The notes beneath the pieces are model-generated. The model did no database searches. It worked only from the letters and a program-made list of their open reading frames with translations, and was not told the origin of the DNA. From positions 173,634-237,633 of the forward strand of contig CP060227.1 in assembly GCA_023898525.1 (NCBI GenBank): DNA of 64,000 nucleotides, written 5' to 3'. The stretch comes from Candidatus Nomurabacteria bacterium (GTDB lineage Bacteria > Patescibacteriota > Minisyncoccia > Phycocordibacterales > UBA918). The position numbers and the translations under genes were made by a program. Positions 20,420 through 30,282 of this stretch are shown here, one piece after another; the first letter of the stretch is position 1, and the number at the start of each line of letters is the position of its first letter.

Positions 20420-21058
20420 TTATTTTTCAGCCCCAGGAGGCAAAAGCAAAGCCATTTCCTCCAATAACATCTTATTGGATGCACCGCGAGTATTTAGACT
20501 GGTTACCACCACCAACAAACTGTGCATAGTATCAACATCTAGACTATTAGCCCTCTTTGATAAATATTTAGCTAGGCCAACTTTTATATTAACCACCCAG
20601 TCACCTTTAGCATCCAAATTTTTACCTATTAATACAAGCCGCTGTGCGTAATTTAATTTACAGAAATCTGCAAAATCATCAGTAGTATTAGTCTCTGTAC
20701 CCTGATACGACCCTTCATATGTCTGAAAACGTGACAATAGCGTAGGCAGTAGCTCCGTGTCATTACCAACCAAAAAAATAAATTTTGTAGTACTTGGCGG
20801 CTCCTCCAATAATTTCAATAAAGCCTGTTGTGCTTCGCTAGTAATTTTCTTTAAGATTACTACCAATAGCTTTGCGTCGCCTTGACCGGGTTTTAAAAAA
20901 GCCAAACGAACCAACTCCCTAGCATCATCTATACCAAAATTTTCCTTCTCAATATAGGAAATTTCCTCTATCTTAAGTTCACAAATAAGCTCCTCTCCTA
21001 CTTGGCGGTTCGTCAGATTAGACCGAATTAGAAAAGCGTGATGGTCGAGCATTGGCAC
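20420..21058 (-). CDS. holB: short DNA polymerase III delta'-like protein lacking the N-terminal P-loop module
   Basis: QQALLKLLEEPPSTTKFIFLV and LLPTLLSRFQ (delta' sensor/SRC-like motifs); no Walker A; 212 aa. Confidence 0.5.
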   Translation of the reverse strand: MPMLDHHAFLIRSNLTNRQVGEELICELKIEEISYIEKENFGIDDARELVRLAFLKPGQGDAKLLVVILKKITSEAQQALLKLLEEPPSTTKFIFLVGNDTELLPTLLSRFQTYEGSYQGTETNTTDDFADFCKLNYAQRLVLIGKNLDAKGDWVVNIKVGLAKYLSKRANSLDVDTMHSLLVVVTSLNTRGASNKMLLEEMALLLPPGAEK

Positions 21059-21059
21059 A

Positions 21060-22742
21060 TTATGCTGGATTACGTTTTTTTTGTAAATCTAGAATATGCT
21101 TGATGACGCGACGTAAATACAACTCAAAAGTCTCTCCTTGCTCATAGATAATACCCTGCTCATAGCGCCAACCATTCATGTAGTCTGTGATGCTTTGTCT
21201 GATTTCTTGAGTAGCTCCCTCAAAACGACCGGCTAGTAAAAGTGGGATCTGCAACCCAGCTATCTTCTTAAAGAGAGGGTGCTCCCGTCCACTTGGGCCG
21301 GTACCAAACAGTCCACTTTTCTTGAACAGACTCCAATCCGACAATAACTGCTCTAAGCCACTGTCAATTTCTGCGGTATACAAAGGATTGGTAACGCCAG
21401 CTTCAGTTTTTGAGCTATCAGCTAAATCATTAGGTGTAAGGTTGCGCTTTCGGTCAGCCAGCGAAGGAACATTTGATTGTACCGGTAAAGTAGATTCTGC
21501 TGACGGCTGTCTTGGCGGAGTTGGTGGTGTAACCGCTACCGGAGTAACTGGGTTTGGGGCTGATGGCACAGTATTAATCTGAGATGCTGGAACATTCTCT
21601 GGTGTTGGTGAAATTGGTTCCGGCTCCACCATCGGCATAGGAGTGACCTCAACCACCGGTCTAGGTGGTATAACAGGCTCTACCGCGGCCGGGGGCGGAG
21701 TTGGTGGTGGTGTAACTACTACCGGTTTTGGTGTGACCGGAGCAACCGATTGAGAGGTAACAGGCTCAGGCGGTGTAGAAACGGGAGTTGGTGTTGAGGC
21801 TGGTTGTGGTGTAGTCTGGGCAACTTCTGAAACAACAGACGGTTTTTGCTTAGCTTGTTCTTTCATTTCAATTGCCTTTTGAACTGCTACAAAGGCAGTT
21901 TCCAATCTCTGCATTGCCACGTCTATACCTCCAACTCCACCATTCATTTTCTTCATCGCATCCAAAAGTGCGTTCATGTATTCGCGACCAACTTCATTAT
22001 CTATATCTACCAAATTCACTGGATTACCAACTTTTTGGTTTACTACCGCTTTAATTTCTCGAATACGATTTAGGTAGCTTGACTGTTCTGGAGATGGTGT
22101 AGGAGCGGCGGCAGGTGTAGATGGAGCCGGTTGCACCGGTGAAGTGGTTTGTGTCGGCGGATTTGTCGACGCTGGTGAAGCCGAAGCAGGGGGCACTGGT
22201 GTGGTAGTAGCCGTGTCAGAAACTGACGGAGTAATTGGTGGAGTCACCTTCGGTATATCAGCTGGCGCAGCCATCGTAACAGGAGAAACTGTCACCTGAT
22301 CAGCTTGTTTTACTTCTTCAAGAGGTTTTTGACTTACTGCAGGGGACACCTCTCCAGTCTGAGTCTGAGCTGAAGCTGGAGGAGGCACTGGCTGAGTATC
22401 CAAAGCTTTAGCTTCAGAAGCAGATACGGTTGGTTTACGAAAAGTTGGAGCTGGACGCATACTACCAAAAGGTAAGTCTGGTTCGGGAGCAGGTGCCACC
22501 TCAGGCTCTGTCGGTTTTTTGATAGCCGCCACCGGAGTAATATTGTGTGCCGAAAGTTTCTGCTCTAAAGAAATTCTTACCGACTCATCTTGCCCTCCGT
22601 TTTTATATAAAAAGACAAGGTCGCGTAATTCATTTTTTTCAGCTGAGGACAACTCACTCTGACGAATACCAGCCAAGAGAGCGGTGATACCTGCCTGTGT
22701 AGTAAAGTCATAACTTGAAACCAAGGAACCAGTTTTATCCAT
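21060..22742 (-). CDS. hypothetical protein with about 300-aa Pro/Thr/Ala/Val/Ser-rich low-complexity core
   Basis: 560 aa, no signal peptide, structured N- and C-terminal domains separated by PTPP/PVTP-rich repeats. Confidence 0.4.
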   Translation of the reverse strand: MDKTGSLVSSYDFTTQAGITALLAGIRQSELSSAEKNELRDLVFLYKNGGQDESVRISLEQKLSAHNITPVAAIKKPTEPEVAPAPEPDLPFGSMRPAPTFRKPTVSASEAKALDTQPVPPPASAQTQTGEVSPAVSQKPLEEVKQADQVTVSPVTMAAPADIPKVTPPITPSVSDTATTTPVPPASASPASTNPPTQTTSPVQPAPSTPAAAPTPSPEQSSYLNRIREIKAVVNQKVGNPVNLVDIDNEVGREYMNALLDAMKKMNGGVGGIDVAMQRLETAFVAVQKAIEMKEQAKQKPSVVSEVAQTTPQPASTPTPVSTPPEPVTSQSVAPVTPKPVVVTPPPTPPPAAVEPVIPPRPVVEVTPMPMVEPEPISPTPENVPASQINTVPSAPNPVTPVAVTPPTPPRQPSAESTLPVQSNVPSLADRKRNLTPNDLADSSKTEAGVTNPLYTAEIDSGLEQLLSDWSLFKKSGLFGTGPSGREHPLFKKIAGLQIPLLLAGRFEGATQEIRQSITDYMNGWRYEQGIIYEQGETFELYLRRVIKHILDLQKKRNPA

Positions 22743-22826
22743 AACTCCTAAATAATAACATCTAGCAAATCAAAACGCAGTAACGAAGCAGTCGATAAAT
22801 GTGAATTAAAAAAAATATGACCATCA

Positions 22827-23126
22827 CTAAAGTATAGAGCTCACTTCGGATTGAAAAGCTTTCATTTCTTCGTCCAACAGTTCACAAAAATCCGGATATT
22901 TTTCACAAAGGATTTCAAAAAAGTTCTCTGCTCCCACGTTTAGATTAATAAAAGACTCAAATTCTCGAGAAGTTTCTTCAGGGGTAATGGCTAGATATTT
23001 CATTAGCGCACTTTGAAAAACCAGAGTACCTACTTCCTCCGCGAATGCCTGCTCTACTTCGCCCTGAACAGCACTTTGGTCTGATGGTGATTGCGTGTCT
23101 CCAATTTTATTGTTGTCTGTTATCAT
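22827..23126 (-). CDS. small acidic hypothetical protein (99 aa)
   Basis: ORF in operon position between the giant protein and the PT-rich protein. Confidence 0.3.
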   Translation of the reverse strand: MITDNNKIGDTQSPSDQSAVQGEVEQAFAEEVGTLVFQSALMKYLAITPEETSREFESFINLNVGAENFFEILCEKYPDFCELLDEEMKAFQSEVSSIL

Positions 23127-23135
23127 AATTTTATT

Positions 23136-26100
23136 TTATCTATAAACATTTTGATTAGCTAATGTTTGAGCACTATGCTCCACAACAAATCGAGAAAACA
23201 GATCAGATATCTTTGTGTTATCTGTATATTGTAGACCAGACTGCTTTAAATTATTTATTGCATCCATCCAAGCTACCGCTGCTTCGTACTTAATATTATG
23301 AACTTCACTAGAAGGAACAGTGTCTCTACCCAGGTAGTGCAGTTGACCACTTTCCGGTGCAGTATTGTTTAGCGCATGAATAAGATAGTCTCTACCGTAC
23401 TGATCATATAAGTACTGCATATCACCAAACTCCTTCATGGTCATATTCCCATACACAGACATAAAGCTGTCATAATGATTCCTAGCATCAAAGAAGTCAT
23501 AGGCTCCGGCATCAACTTGATTCGTTGCTTCATTTATAGCTGCGTTTAGATTTTTTTCACTACCAAAAACCTGTAGAGCATAATCCTTGTACTCTGGGCT
23601 ATGGAAGAAATTGTCAGAATTATAAGTTTCCGGCGGCTGGATATTAGCCGAGACAACGTTTTCTACACTAGGTAAATTTAAATTTGTTTGATCTACTTCA
23701 AATTTCAAAACCGAGTGGATATCCCAAGCTGGATTACGAGCAGCTTCAGCCGTAAGTGCTTGCCAGACCCCAGCCTTTAATTCATATGGTGCTATACTAG
23801 GATCTTTGGCAACCAATTCAGCTGCGACAGTTTGTGCATAGTCATTCATTGCCAAGGTCACCGGAGTTGAGGTGCCGGGCTTAGTGGCAAATTCAATTAA
23901 TGGTGATTCCTCGACCCTCTCAGCAATTTCACTTACTTGGATATCCGGATGATTGGCAGTAATAGGTATGACTTCTTCACTTGACCCATCCGCCACTACT
24001 TCTAGGTGACCGGAAGAAGGTGAAGTTGGAAGATCTATATCGTTTTTCTCAAGTTCAATTAACTTATTCAATTCCCCTTCTAAGGGACCTAAATTGATCT
24101 TATCTCCAGGATAAATTAATTCTGTATCATTGATATTGGCTAACTCACGCAAAACCTCATCGGCCCGAACTTTATCAAAGAGAGCGTCTAGCACTTGATT
24201 ACGCTCACTTGGTGACAAATCTGCCAACTCAGACTGATACCTGTCTTCTACAATATCCCAAAGAGTATCGCCCTTTACAACCGTATGAATATTCTCAACA
24301 TTTTCTACATTTGATGTAGTCTGATCTACCGCATGCTCTCGCCAAGCTTCTGCCACCTCGTTATTTAAGGCATTCTCAGCGGTTGAGTTTACCTCAGCGG
24401 TAGCCGAAGAAGCTAAGTCGGAAGCGTCGATTTTTTCTATACTACCAATCTCAACTTTAGTGATTGGACTTTCCTGCCACCAGTCAGTTTCGCCAAACTT
24501 ACCCTCCAGCTTCCCAAGCAGGGTCTCGGATAGATTATCGGCTGTCATATTAGGATGAAGCGCCAACAGGTTGCTGGTATTTAGACGCAGGTAGCTTTCA
24601 ACTTGTACTAGGTTTTCACCGCTTAAATCTTCCGCGCCAACCACAGACAAATCTTTAACCAGAGTACTGAATTGTTCATGACTAAAGCTATAATTAGGTA
24701 CAGTAATCTTATCAACCACTTCAGTTACACCAACATTTCCTGCTACTGCTTCAGTAGCCGAAGAAGTTTCCTCACCACCAAGCATGTCAAGAATCTCAGG
24801 ATTTTTATCCAAAGCTGCTGCTATTTGTTCACTGGTGGCATCTGTCGCCTTACTTACACTTTCAGAAATTTGATCAGCAGAGCCCAGATGAGACATTCCA
24901 TAGCCGGTCAATCCTCCGGCTAGGAAACCGGCTCCTATAGTAGCTGCTGTTCTTTGGCTCTGTGCAGCCTTAGCTTTTCGCAATGCCTGCATTACTTCCT
25001 CTTCATAATTATCTATATCATCGACTGAAAAATCTTCGCCTTCCATAAGCTTCTCAGCTTTTGCCTCAGCTTTCCTGACCTTAAAACTCATTACCTGATC
25101 AGCACCCAAGGCAGCACCGGAGCTGATAGCCATACGAGCACCAGCCACACCAGCCGCCGCAGCACCAGCCAGTACACCCGCGCCGAGTATAATTCCCCCT
25201 CTGACCCACCACTTGGTCTTTTTAAGTTTCATCATTACTCTGCCCACCGTCTTTGCCTGCTCTTCAGTCAGAATCTCAGTTTTCTGTATATCCAACCTTT
25301 CCTTACCAGGTCGCAAAACGAACTTTTTTAAGAATGCCTGATCCACTTTTTGTTCATAGCCTGTTGGTTTAGGAGCTTTTTCTTTATTGTAGGAGGCAAG
25401 ATAGGCTGCCGTCTCACTTTCAAGCTTACTCTTATGAAACTCTTCGTTCACAGACAACTTACCCCTCTCTTTCATTGCTAAGCGTAATTTCCTTGTATAT
25501 TCCTTTCTGGATACTTTGTACTTATCTTCCAAGACTTTGATGTTGTCAGGTAATTTAGGCTTTAAACCAAGGAACTTTTTACCCCAATCTTTAATCTTAC
25601 CAAGTCCACCACGATTAGCGTAATAATTTTTTACCGCATCTTCGTACTCTTTTTTGTTGTCTTGATATGCTTCCTTGAACGTCTTATCAGTTCCCTCAAC
25701 TTTAGAAAACAAAAGATCTTGTTTAGCTTTTTGATAATCGGTTAGTTCTATTTCTTTTTCGTCTTTTGTTTTAAGTTCAACTTTTTCTTTATCGCTTAAT
25801 TCAAGAGTTTCCACAGCTTCGTTATCCATGTCCACAAATTCAGCTTCTTTTTTAGTAGCGACATCACTTTCTTCAAGGTCAAAAAGTTTATCTGGAGTTG
25901 ATTTATCAATATTTATAACTTCCCCTTCACTTTCGGTACTTAAGTCGTCTTCTGAACCTACTTCTGCATCAACTACACCGTCCCTAAGCTTAATCTCTTC
26001 CTGGAGAGTTGGAATTTCATCAGCCTTTGGTTCAAATTTTTCATCCGCATCTCCATCGCCACCATTTTCCTTATTATCTGTCTTCTGAACACCATCAATT

Positions 26101-27413
26101 TCATCATTACTTTCAACTTCTTCCATCTCACCAACTTTTTTTGACAAACTTGCAATTACAGATTCCAGCTTTACTTTTTTCTCTTCTAATTCATTACACA
26201 CTTCCTCGGAAGCTTCATTTTTTACAACTTCATTAAATTCTTTTACTATATTTTGACCCTCTTCAATAAATCGTCTTACTGTGGGTGTGGGTGTGGGTGT
26301 AGGTATTTGAGATCTTGTGTTTTTAGCAACACTTTTAGCTTTATTTACTGTATTTTCAAATTTAGACTCAACTAAGCTAAACTCTGAAACAATTTCACTC
26401 TTTCTTTCTGCAAAATCCTGAACCTCTTCTGCTTTTGTATCTGCTACTTCTTTTTGATCTTCAGCACCATTTGACTTACTGGCATCTGTACGTCTGTTTT
26501 TATATTTAAAGTTTTCATCTTTTATTTTTTTAATCAAATCGTATAGACCGTACTTCAATTCTACTAATTTATCTCGAAACGTCCTAGAATTTTGTACATC
26601 ACTATTACTATTATTCAGCAAATTATTAAATTCAACCTCTTTTTGTTTTAAAAGTTTAAGCTTAGAAACCAGAGTTTCTGGTAAGCCATTCAAAATAGGC
26701 TCTGGTAGACTATCTAGATCACCGCCAAAGTTAAGCCTTAAAAAGCCATTATTGAAGTTATCAAAAACTCCAGCGATTTTATTTTTTAGATTCGCATATT
26801 TATCTTCGTTTTTTTCTGGTTGAGCATTACCTTCTTCATTTATACCTTCTCTTTTTTCTTTAATCTCATCCAACTTATCTTTATTTTCTTCAATTAGTTG
26901 ACTAATTGAGCTTATCGTCTCATTGAATAATCGAAAACTCCTCGGAAGTCGATTCTCTATATGATTCTTTAGCAAATTTTGATCAGATTCCCTTAGAAGG
27001 TTGCCTATGGCCATTAGGACAGAATTTGCAGTCACTATATGACTATTCATGAGATGAATAGAATCTCTTAATAATTCAGCATCTTCTTTTATTCTTTCAA
27101 ACTCTTGTCTAGAATTCTCAAGCAACTCTTTTAACTCCCCTACATCATCAGGCAGTTTTTCAGCATCAATTTCTAATTTTAGTTCAACCTCATCTATCTG
27201 AGGTTCTTCTAAGGGCTCGTCTACGGGGTCAGTATTTACTTCTACACCTGAATCTTGCTCGACTGTATTATCGCCATTAGACCTTTCAACCGTTTCTGTA
27301 TCAGAGTTTTCATTTGATTCATTTTCGCCAACATCCTCAACAATCTCAGCGTCCACTATTTCGGCTCCAGGTTTATTAGCTTTTTGAGACAAACTTTCTA
27401 TTCTCATAGACAA
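23136..27413 (-). CDS. giant (1425 aa) coiled-coil membrane protein with C-terminal LysM domain
   Basis: about 720-aa acidic coiled-coil N-terminal part (PTPTPT linker), TM segments (WWVRGGIILGAGVLAGAAAAGVAG; TAATIGAGFLAGGLTGYG), LysM-like HTVVKGDTLWDIVEDRY...IYPGDKINL. Confidence 0.5.
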   Translation of the reverse strand: MSMRIESLSQKANKPGAEIVDAEIVEDVGENESNENSDTETVERSNGDNTVEQDSGVEVNTDPVDEPLEEPQIDEVELKLEIDAEKLPDDVGELKELLENSRQEFERIKEDAELLRDSIHLMNSHIVTANSVLMAIGNLLRESDQNLLKNHIENRLPRSFRLFNETISSISQLIEENKDKLDEIKEKREGINEEGNAQPEKNEDKYANLKNKIAGVFDNFNNGFLRLNFGGDLDSLPEPILNGLPETLVSKLKLLKQKEVEFNNLLNNSNSDVQNSRTFRDKLVELKYGLYDLIKKIKDENFKYKNRRTDASKSNGAEDQKEVADTKAEEVQDFAERKSEIVSEFSLVESKFENTVNKAKSVAKNTRSQIPTPTPTPTVRRFIEEGQNIVKEFNEVVKNEASEEVCNELEEKKVKLESVIASLSKKVGEMEEVESNDEIDGVQKTDNKENGGDGDADEKFEPKADEIPTLQEEIKLRDGVVDAEVGSEDDLSTESEGEVINIDKSTPDKLFDLEESDVATKKEAEFVDMDNEAVETLELSDKEKVELKTKDEKEIELTDYQKAKQDLLFSKVEGTDKTFKEAYQDNKKEYEDAVKNYYANRGGLGKIKDWGKKFLGLKPKLPDNIKVLEDKYKVSRKEYTRKLRLAMKERGKLSVNEEFHKSKLESETAAYLASYNKEKAPKPTGYEQKVDQAFLKKFVLRPGKERLDIQKTEILTEEQAKTVGRVMMKLKKTKWWVRGGIILGAGVLAGAAAAGVAGARMAISSGAALGADQVMSFKVRKAEAKAEKLMEGEDFSVDDIDNYEEEVMQALRKAKAAQSQRTAATIGAGFLAGGLTGYGMSHLGSADQISESVSKATDATSEQIAAALDKNPEILDMLGGEETSSATEAVAGNVGVTEVVDKITVPNYSFSHEQFSTLVKDLSVVGAEDLSGENLVQVESYLRLNTSNLLALHPNMTADNLSETLLGKLEGKFGETDWWQESPITKVEIGSIEKIDASDLASSATAEVNSTAENALNNEVAEAWREHAVDQTTSNVENVENIHTVVKGDTLWDIVEDRYQSELADLSPSERNQVLDALFDKVRADEVLRELANINDTELIYPGDKINLGPLEGELNKLIELEKNDIDLPTSPSSGHLEVVADGSSEEVIPITANHPDIQVSEIAERVEESPLIEFATKPGTSTPVTLAMNDYAQTVAAELVAKDPSIAPYELKAGVWQALTAEAARNPAWDIHSVLKFEVDQTNLNLPSVENVVSANIQPPETYNSDNFFHSPEYKDYALQVFGSEKNLNAAINEATNQVDAGAYDFFDARNHYDSFMSVYGNMTMKEFGDMQYLYDQYGRDYLIHALNNTAPESGQLHYLGRDTVPSSEVHNIKYEAAVAWMDAINNLKQSGLQYTDNTKISDLFSRFVVEHSAQTLANQNVYR

Positions 27414-27441
27414 ATAATTATTGGTTTAATCATACCACACC

Positions 27442-30213
27442 CTATAAAACCAGCGGCGTCTCTTTAGCATACCGTGCGGATATCTCAGCTTCGACCTCAG
27501 CCCGCGGACGGCCGTGGGTATGATAACTTAATTCGATCATTTCATTGATTCTGGTGAGATCAGTCGGTGGTGGTGGCATGGTCTTAATATTGAAAGGCTT
27601 GGTCGGTGTGCCGTTGGCCAAAATACGCACCAAGGCATTGCGGTTTGGAATATTCATTAAATTGCTGGCATTAAATGGTGGTGAGAACTGATGTTCCAGG
27701 AACTGAGCATCCTCGGGACCAACCCGAAAAGCCGCCATTGAACCCACGTTGCCAAACACAGCATCTTTAATGTTGGGATCAAGCTGGGCAATAAATTGAT
27801 GAGCAATAGTGAGGCCAAGCTTATACTTACGCGCCTCAGACAAAATCGCCGATATGGAATTGGTTGAGACATTCTGAAACTCATCCATATGGAGATAAAA
27901 CGGTGCAAACCCTCGAGTTGGATCATCCACTCGAGACAATGCCGCCATCAGTATCTTGCCAACAATTATCATACCAATCAGATTGGCATTAATTTCTCCC
28001 AATCGACCTTTCGATAGATTGACTAAGAGAATCTTACGTTCGTCCATTACCTGCCGGAAGTTAAAGGCTGATTTTTGTTGCCCGATGATTGGCCGCATGT
28101 AGTCATTGGCGGTAAAAACATCGAATTTAGATACGATATAAGGCACAATATTCTCAAGCGACGCTTCACCACCAGCCTTTGAAGCAATTTCCCGCCAAAA
28201 CTGTACAACCACAGGGTTGGTAGCCTTTTCTAGTTTCATTCGACGATATTTAGCGTCGGCCATAACTCGCGAGATATCCATCAAAGTATTGCCGCTGTCA
28301 GGGTCTTCCATGACTAACAAAGTGGCGTTACGGAAGTATTGTTCAAACATTGGCCCCATTGACTCCGGATTGGCTCCGTAGAGCTTTTGGAAAATTGAAA
28401 ACAGCTCATTGACCACAAAGGTCTTCTGCTCCGGCTTGGTAATATCATACTCAAGCATGTTGAGTGCGAGGATGCGGTCGAGTCGCGATGGGTCAAAGTA
28501 AATAACATCCTGTTCTCGCTCTTTTGGTACCGCACTGAGCACATCCTCAATATCGGTTCCATGAGGATCTATCATACACACACCATCACCCCGCAAAATA
28601 TCTTGCGTTATCATATTTTTCATTAGCGTGGTCTTACCAGTACCAGTCTGTCCAATGATATAGAAGTGTCGCAAACGGTCTTCGTTGGTTATGTAGATTT
28701 CACGTTCTGAATTGCGATGATTATTTATACCAAGCAATGTTCCTTCGGTTGGCATGTCATTGGGAGCCGCTGCCGTGTTGGCATGCGATTGTTTAAACTG
28801 CGGTGAAGATAGAACACCATTACCTGGAAAATGAATCAAAGTTGATAATTCAGTCAAGTTGAACGGAATAATCGCTTTAGTCCAAAATTCGCGAAAAGCA
28901 AAAGCTTTCTGAAGTGATTTAAGACTTCCTTTGGCCCGCTTAGGCGCAAAACTATTACCATCAACCAGATCAAATTGATTGAAGGTAGATTCAATCTCTC
29001 CTAAAATTTGCTCGGCTCTAGCGCTGTCTCGAGCTGAAACTGCTATCCGAATATTTGTTTCTACAATCTCTGACTTGACCTTTCGGGAGAATACTTCAAT
29101 TTTATCGGACTCTATGGTCGATGATGAACCTTCACCCTCTTTTGGTTTTTTGCTAAAGATTAAATCAGACAAAGAACCCATAATCTCACCACCAATAGTG
29201 CTACGCGAAATTGCCTCACCCGCTTTCATACCTTTCTGCATGTTTTTGATCACTTCGCTGTAACTTTTGTTGTATTTTTTTTGCGGATAACGCATCAAAA
29301 ACTGCACCGCCGCACCGCCGCCTTCGCGCTCAATTTTAGAAAAAGCATTTAAAATAACCGCCAGCGGATCAGAGGTAAAGCCGTCATGCGTACGAATTGG
29401 GTAAATTGGATGCTTTTTTAACTTTAACTCACTGATCAAAGTTACTCCTTGATCAACAAAGATATTATAATCATGCGCCTGCACTGTCAGTTCAGCGTGT
29501 GGAAACAGCGACAATACCTGCTTTTCAAATAAGGTGACAAACTGATTAGGAACCGCAACATAAAATACGATATCATCACTAAAATCCGCCACCGCAATCT
29601 CAATAGCAAAATGATTGTGCGACTGCTCCGAACCAATATTTCTAAGGCCGGCAAACAACTGCTCCATCATCCCGATCAGCTCTGATAACTGATATTCTCG
29701 CCCATCAGCTGCTTTAGTCTCCGGTAAAGTTAGCTCATAAAGTGTCATATGAAGTAGGTGCCAAGTCGGCATCCCCTCTTTTATATCCTGAATATTTACC
29801 CCAGACCGAATTTGCTCCACCAAACGACGATGGACTTGGTCGATAATGTAGGCGTTGTCGGTTTTTTCTAGAACCGACAACGCATTTCTAATCCCTTTTT
29901 CTAGCGCAATATGTACTATTTCTTCCACCGGATCTGCCGCTAAAGCCACCTGCTCGCTGGCCACCGCCACATCAGCTTCAGCAAATTTGTGTTTAGGATC
30001 AAGGACTGACCTAGGAGTAAAAGAAGCGTATTCTCTAATCTCCTGCTTACCAACAGTTTCGATATCAGCCTGGTCTACTTCCGGACTACGAGCCAAAAGC
30101 TCGCGCTCACGCGCCGCAATTTGCTCACGCAGATAACTAATCTCCTCTTCCGGAGAAGTGAATTTCTTAGGTATTCCCTCTGGCATAGCCACATTGTATC
30201 TTAGTTTTGACAC
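27442..30213 (-). CDS. type IV coupling protein-like ATPase (VirD4/TraG/TraD family homologue), 923 aa
   Basis: Walker A IIGQTGTGKTTL, Walker B YLHMDEFQN, then ARKYKLGLTIAHQFIAQL (T4CP-like RxxG...Q...QL region); no VirB-type partners seen nearby. Confidence 0.55.
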   Translation of the reverse strand: MSKLRYNVAMPEGIPKKFTSPEEEISYLREQIAARERELLARSPEVDQADIETVGKQEIREYASFTPRSVLDPKHKFAEADVAVASEQVALAADPVEEIVHIALEKGIRNALSVLEKTDNAYIIDQVHRRLVEQIRSGVNIQDIKEGMPTWHLLHMTLYELTLPETKAADGREYQLSELIGMMEQLFAGLRNIGSEQSHNHFAIEIAVADFSDDIVFYVAVPNQFVTLFEKQVLSLFPHAELTVQAHDYNIFVDQGVTLISELKLKKHPIYPIRTHDGFTSDPLAVILNAFSKIEREGGGAAVQFLMRYPQKKYNKSYSEVIKNMQKGMKAGEAISRSTIGGEIMGSLSDLIFSKKPKEGEGSSSTIESDKIEVFSRKVKSEIVETNIRIAVSARDSARAEQILGEIESTFNQFDLVDGNSFAPKRAKGSLKSLQKAFAFREFWTKAIIPFNLTELSTLIHFPGNGVLSSPQFKQSHANTAAAPNDMPTEGTLLGINNHRNSEREIYITNEDRLRHFYIIGQTGTGKTTLMKNMITQDILRGDGVCMIDPHGTDIEDVLSAVPKEREQDVIYFDPSRLDRILALNMLEYDITKPEQKTFVVNELFSIFQKLYGANPESMGPMFEQYFRNATLLVMEDPDSGNTLMDISRVMADAKYRRMKLEKATNPVVVQFWREIASKAGGEASLENIVPYIVSKFDVFTANDYMRPIIGQQKSAFNFRQVMDERKILLVNLSKGRLGEINANLIGMIIVGKILMAALSRVDDPTRGFAPFYLHMDEFQNVSTNSISAILSEARKYKLGLTIAHQFIAQLDPNIKDAVFGNVGSMAAFRVGPEDAQFLEHQFSPPFNASNLMNIPNRNALVRILANGTPTKPFNIKTMPPPPTDLTRINEMIELSYHTHGRPRAEVEAEISARYAKETPLVL

Positions 30214-30231
30214 ATAAAAGCAAGACTATCC

Positions 30232-30278
30232 CCTTAATAGAACTGCCCCGCGCCTACGGCGCGGGGCAGTTCTATTAA
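30232..30278. promoter_or_regulatory. 22-bp perfect inverted repeat (CTTAATAGAACTGCCCCGCGCC-TAC-GGCGCGGGGCAGTTCTATTAAG) between the mreB-like gene and the T4CP-like gene
   Basis: seen directly; GC-rich stem in AT-rich context, no U-tract. Confidence 0.5.
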
Positions 30279-30282
30279 GTCA

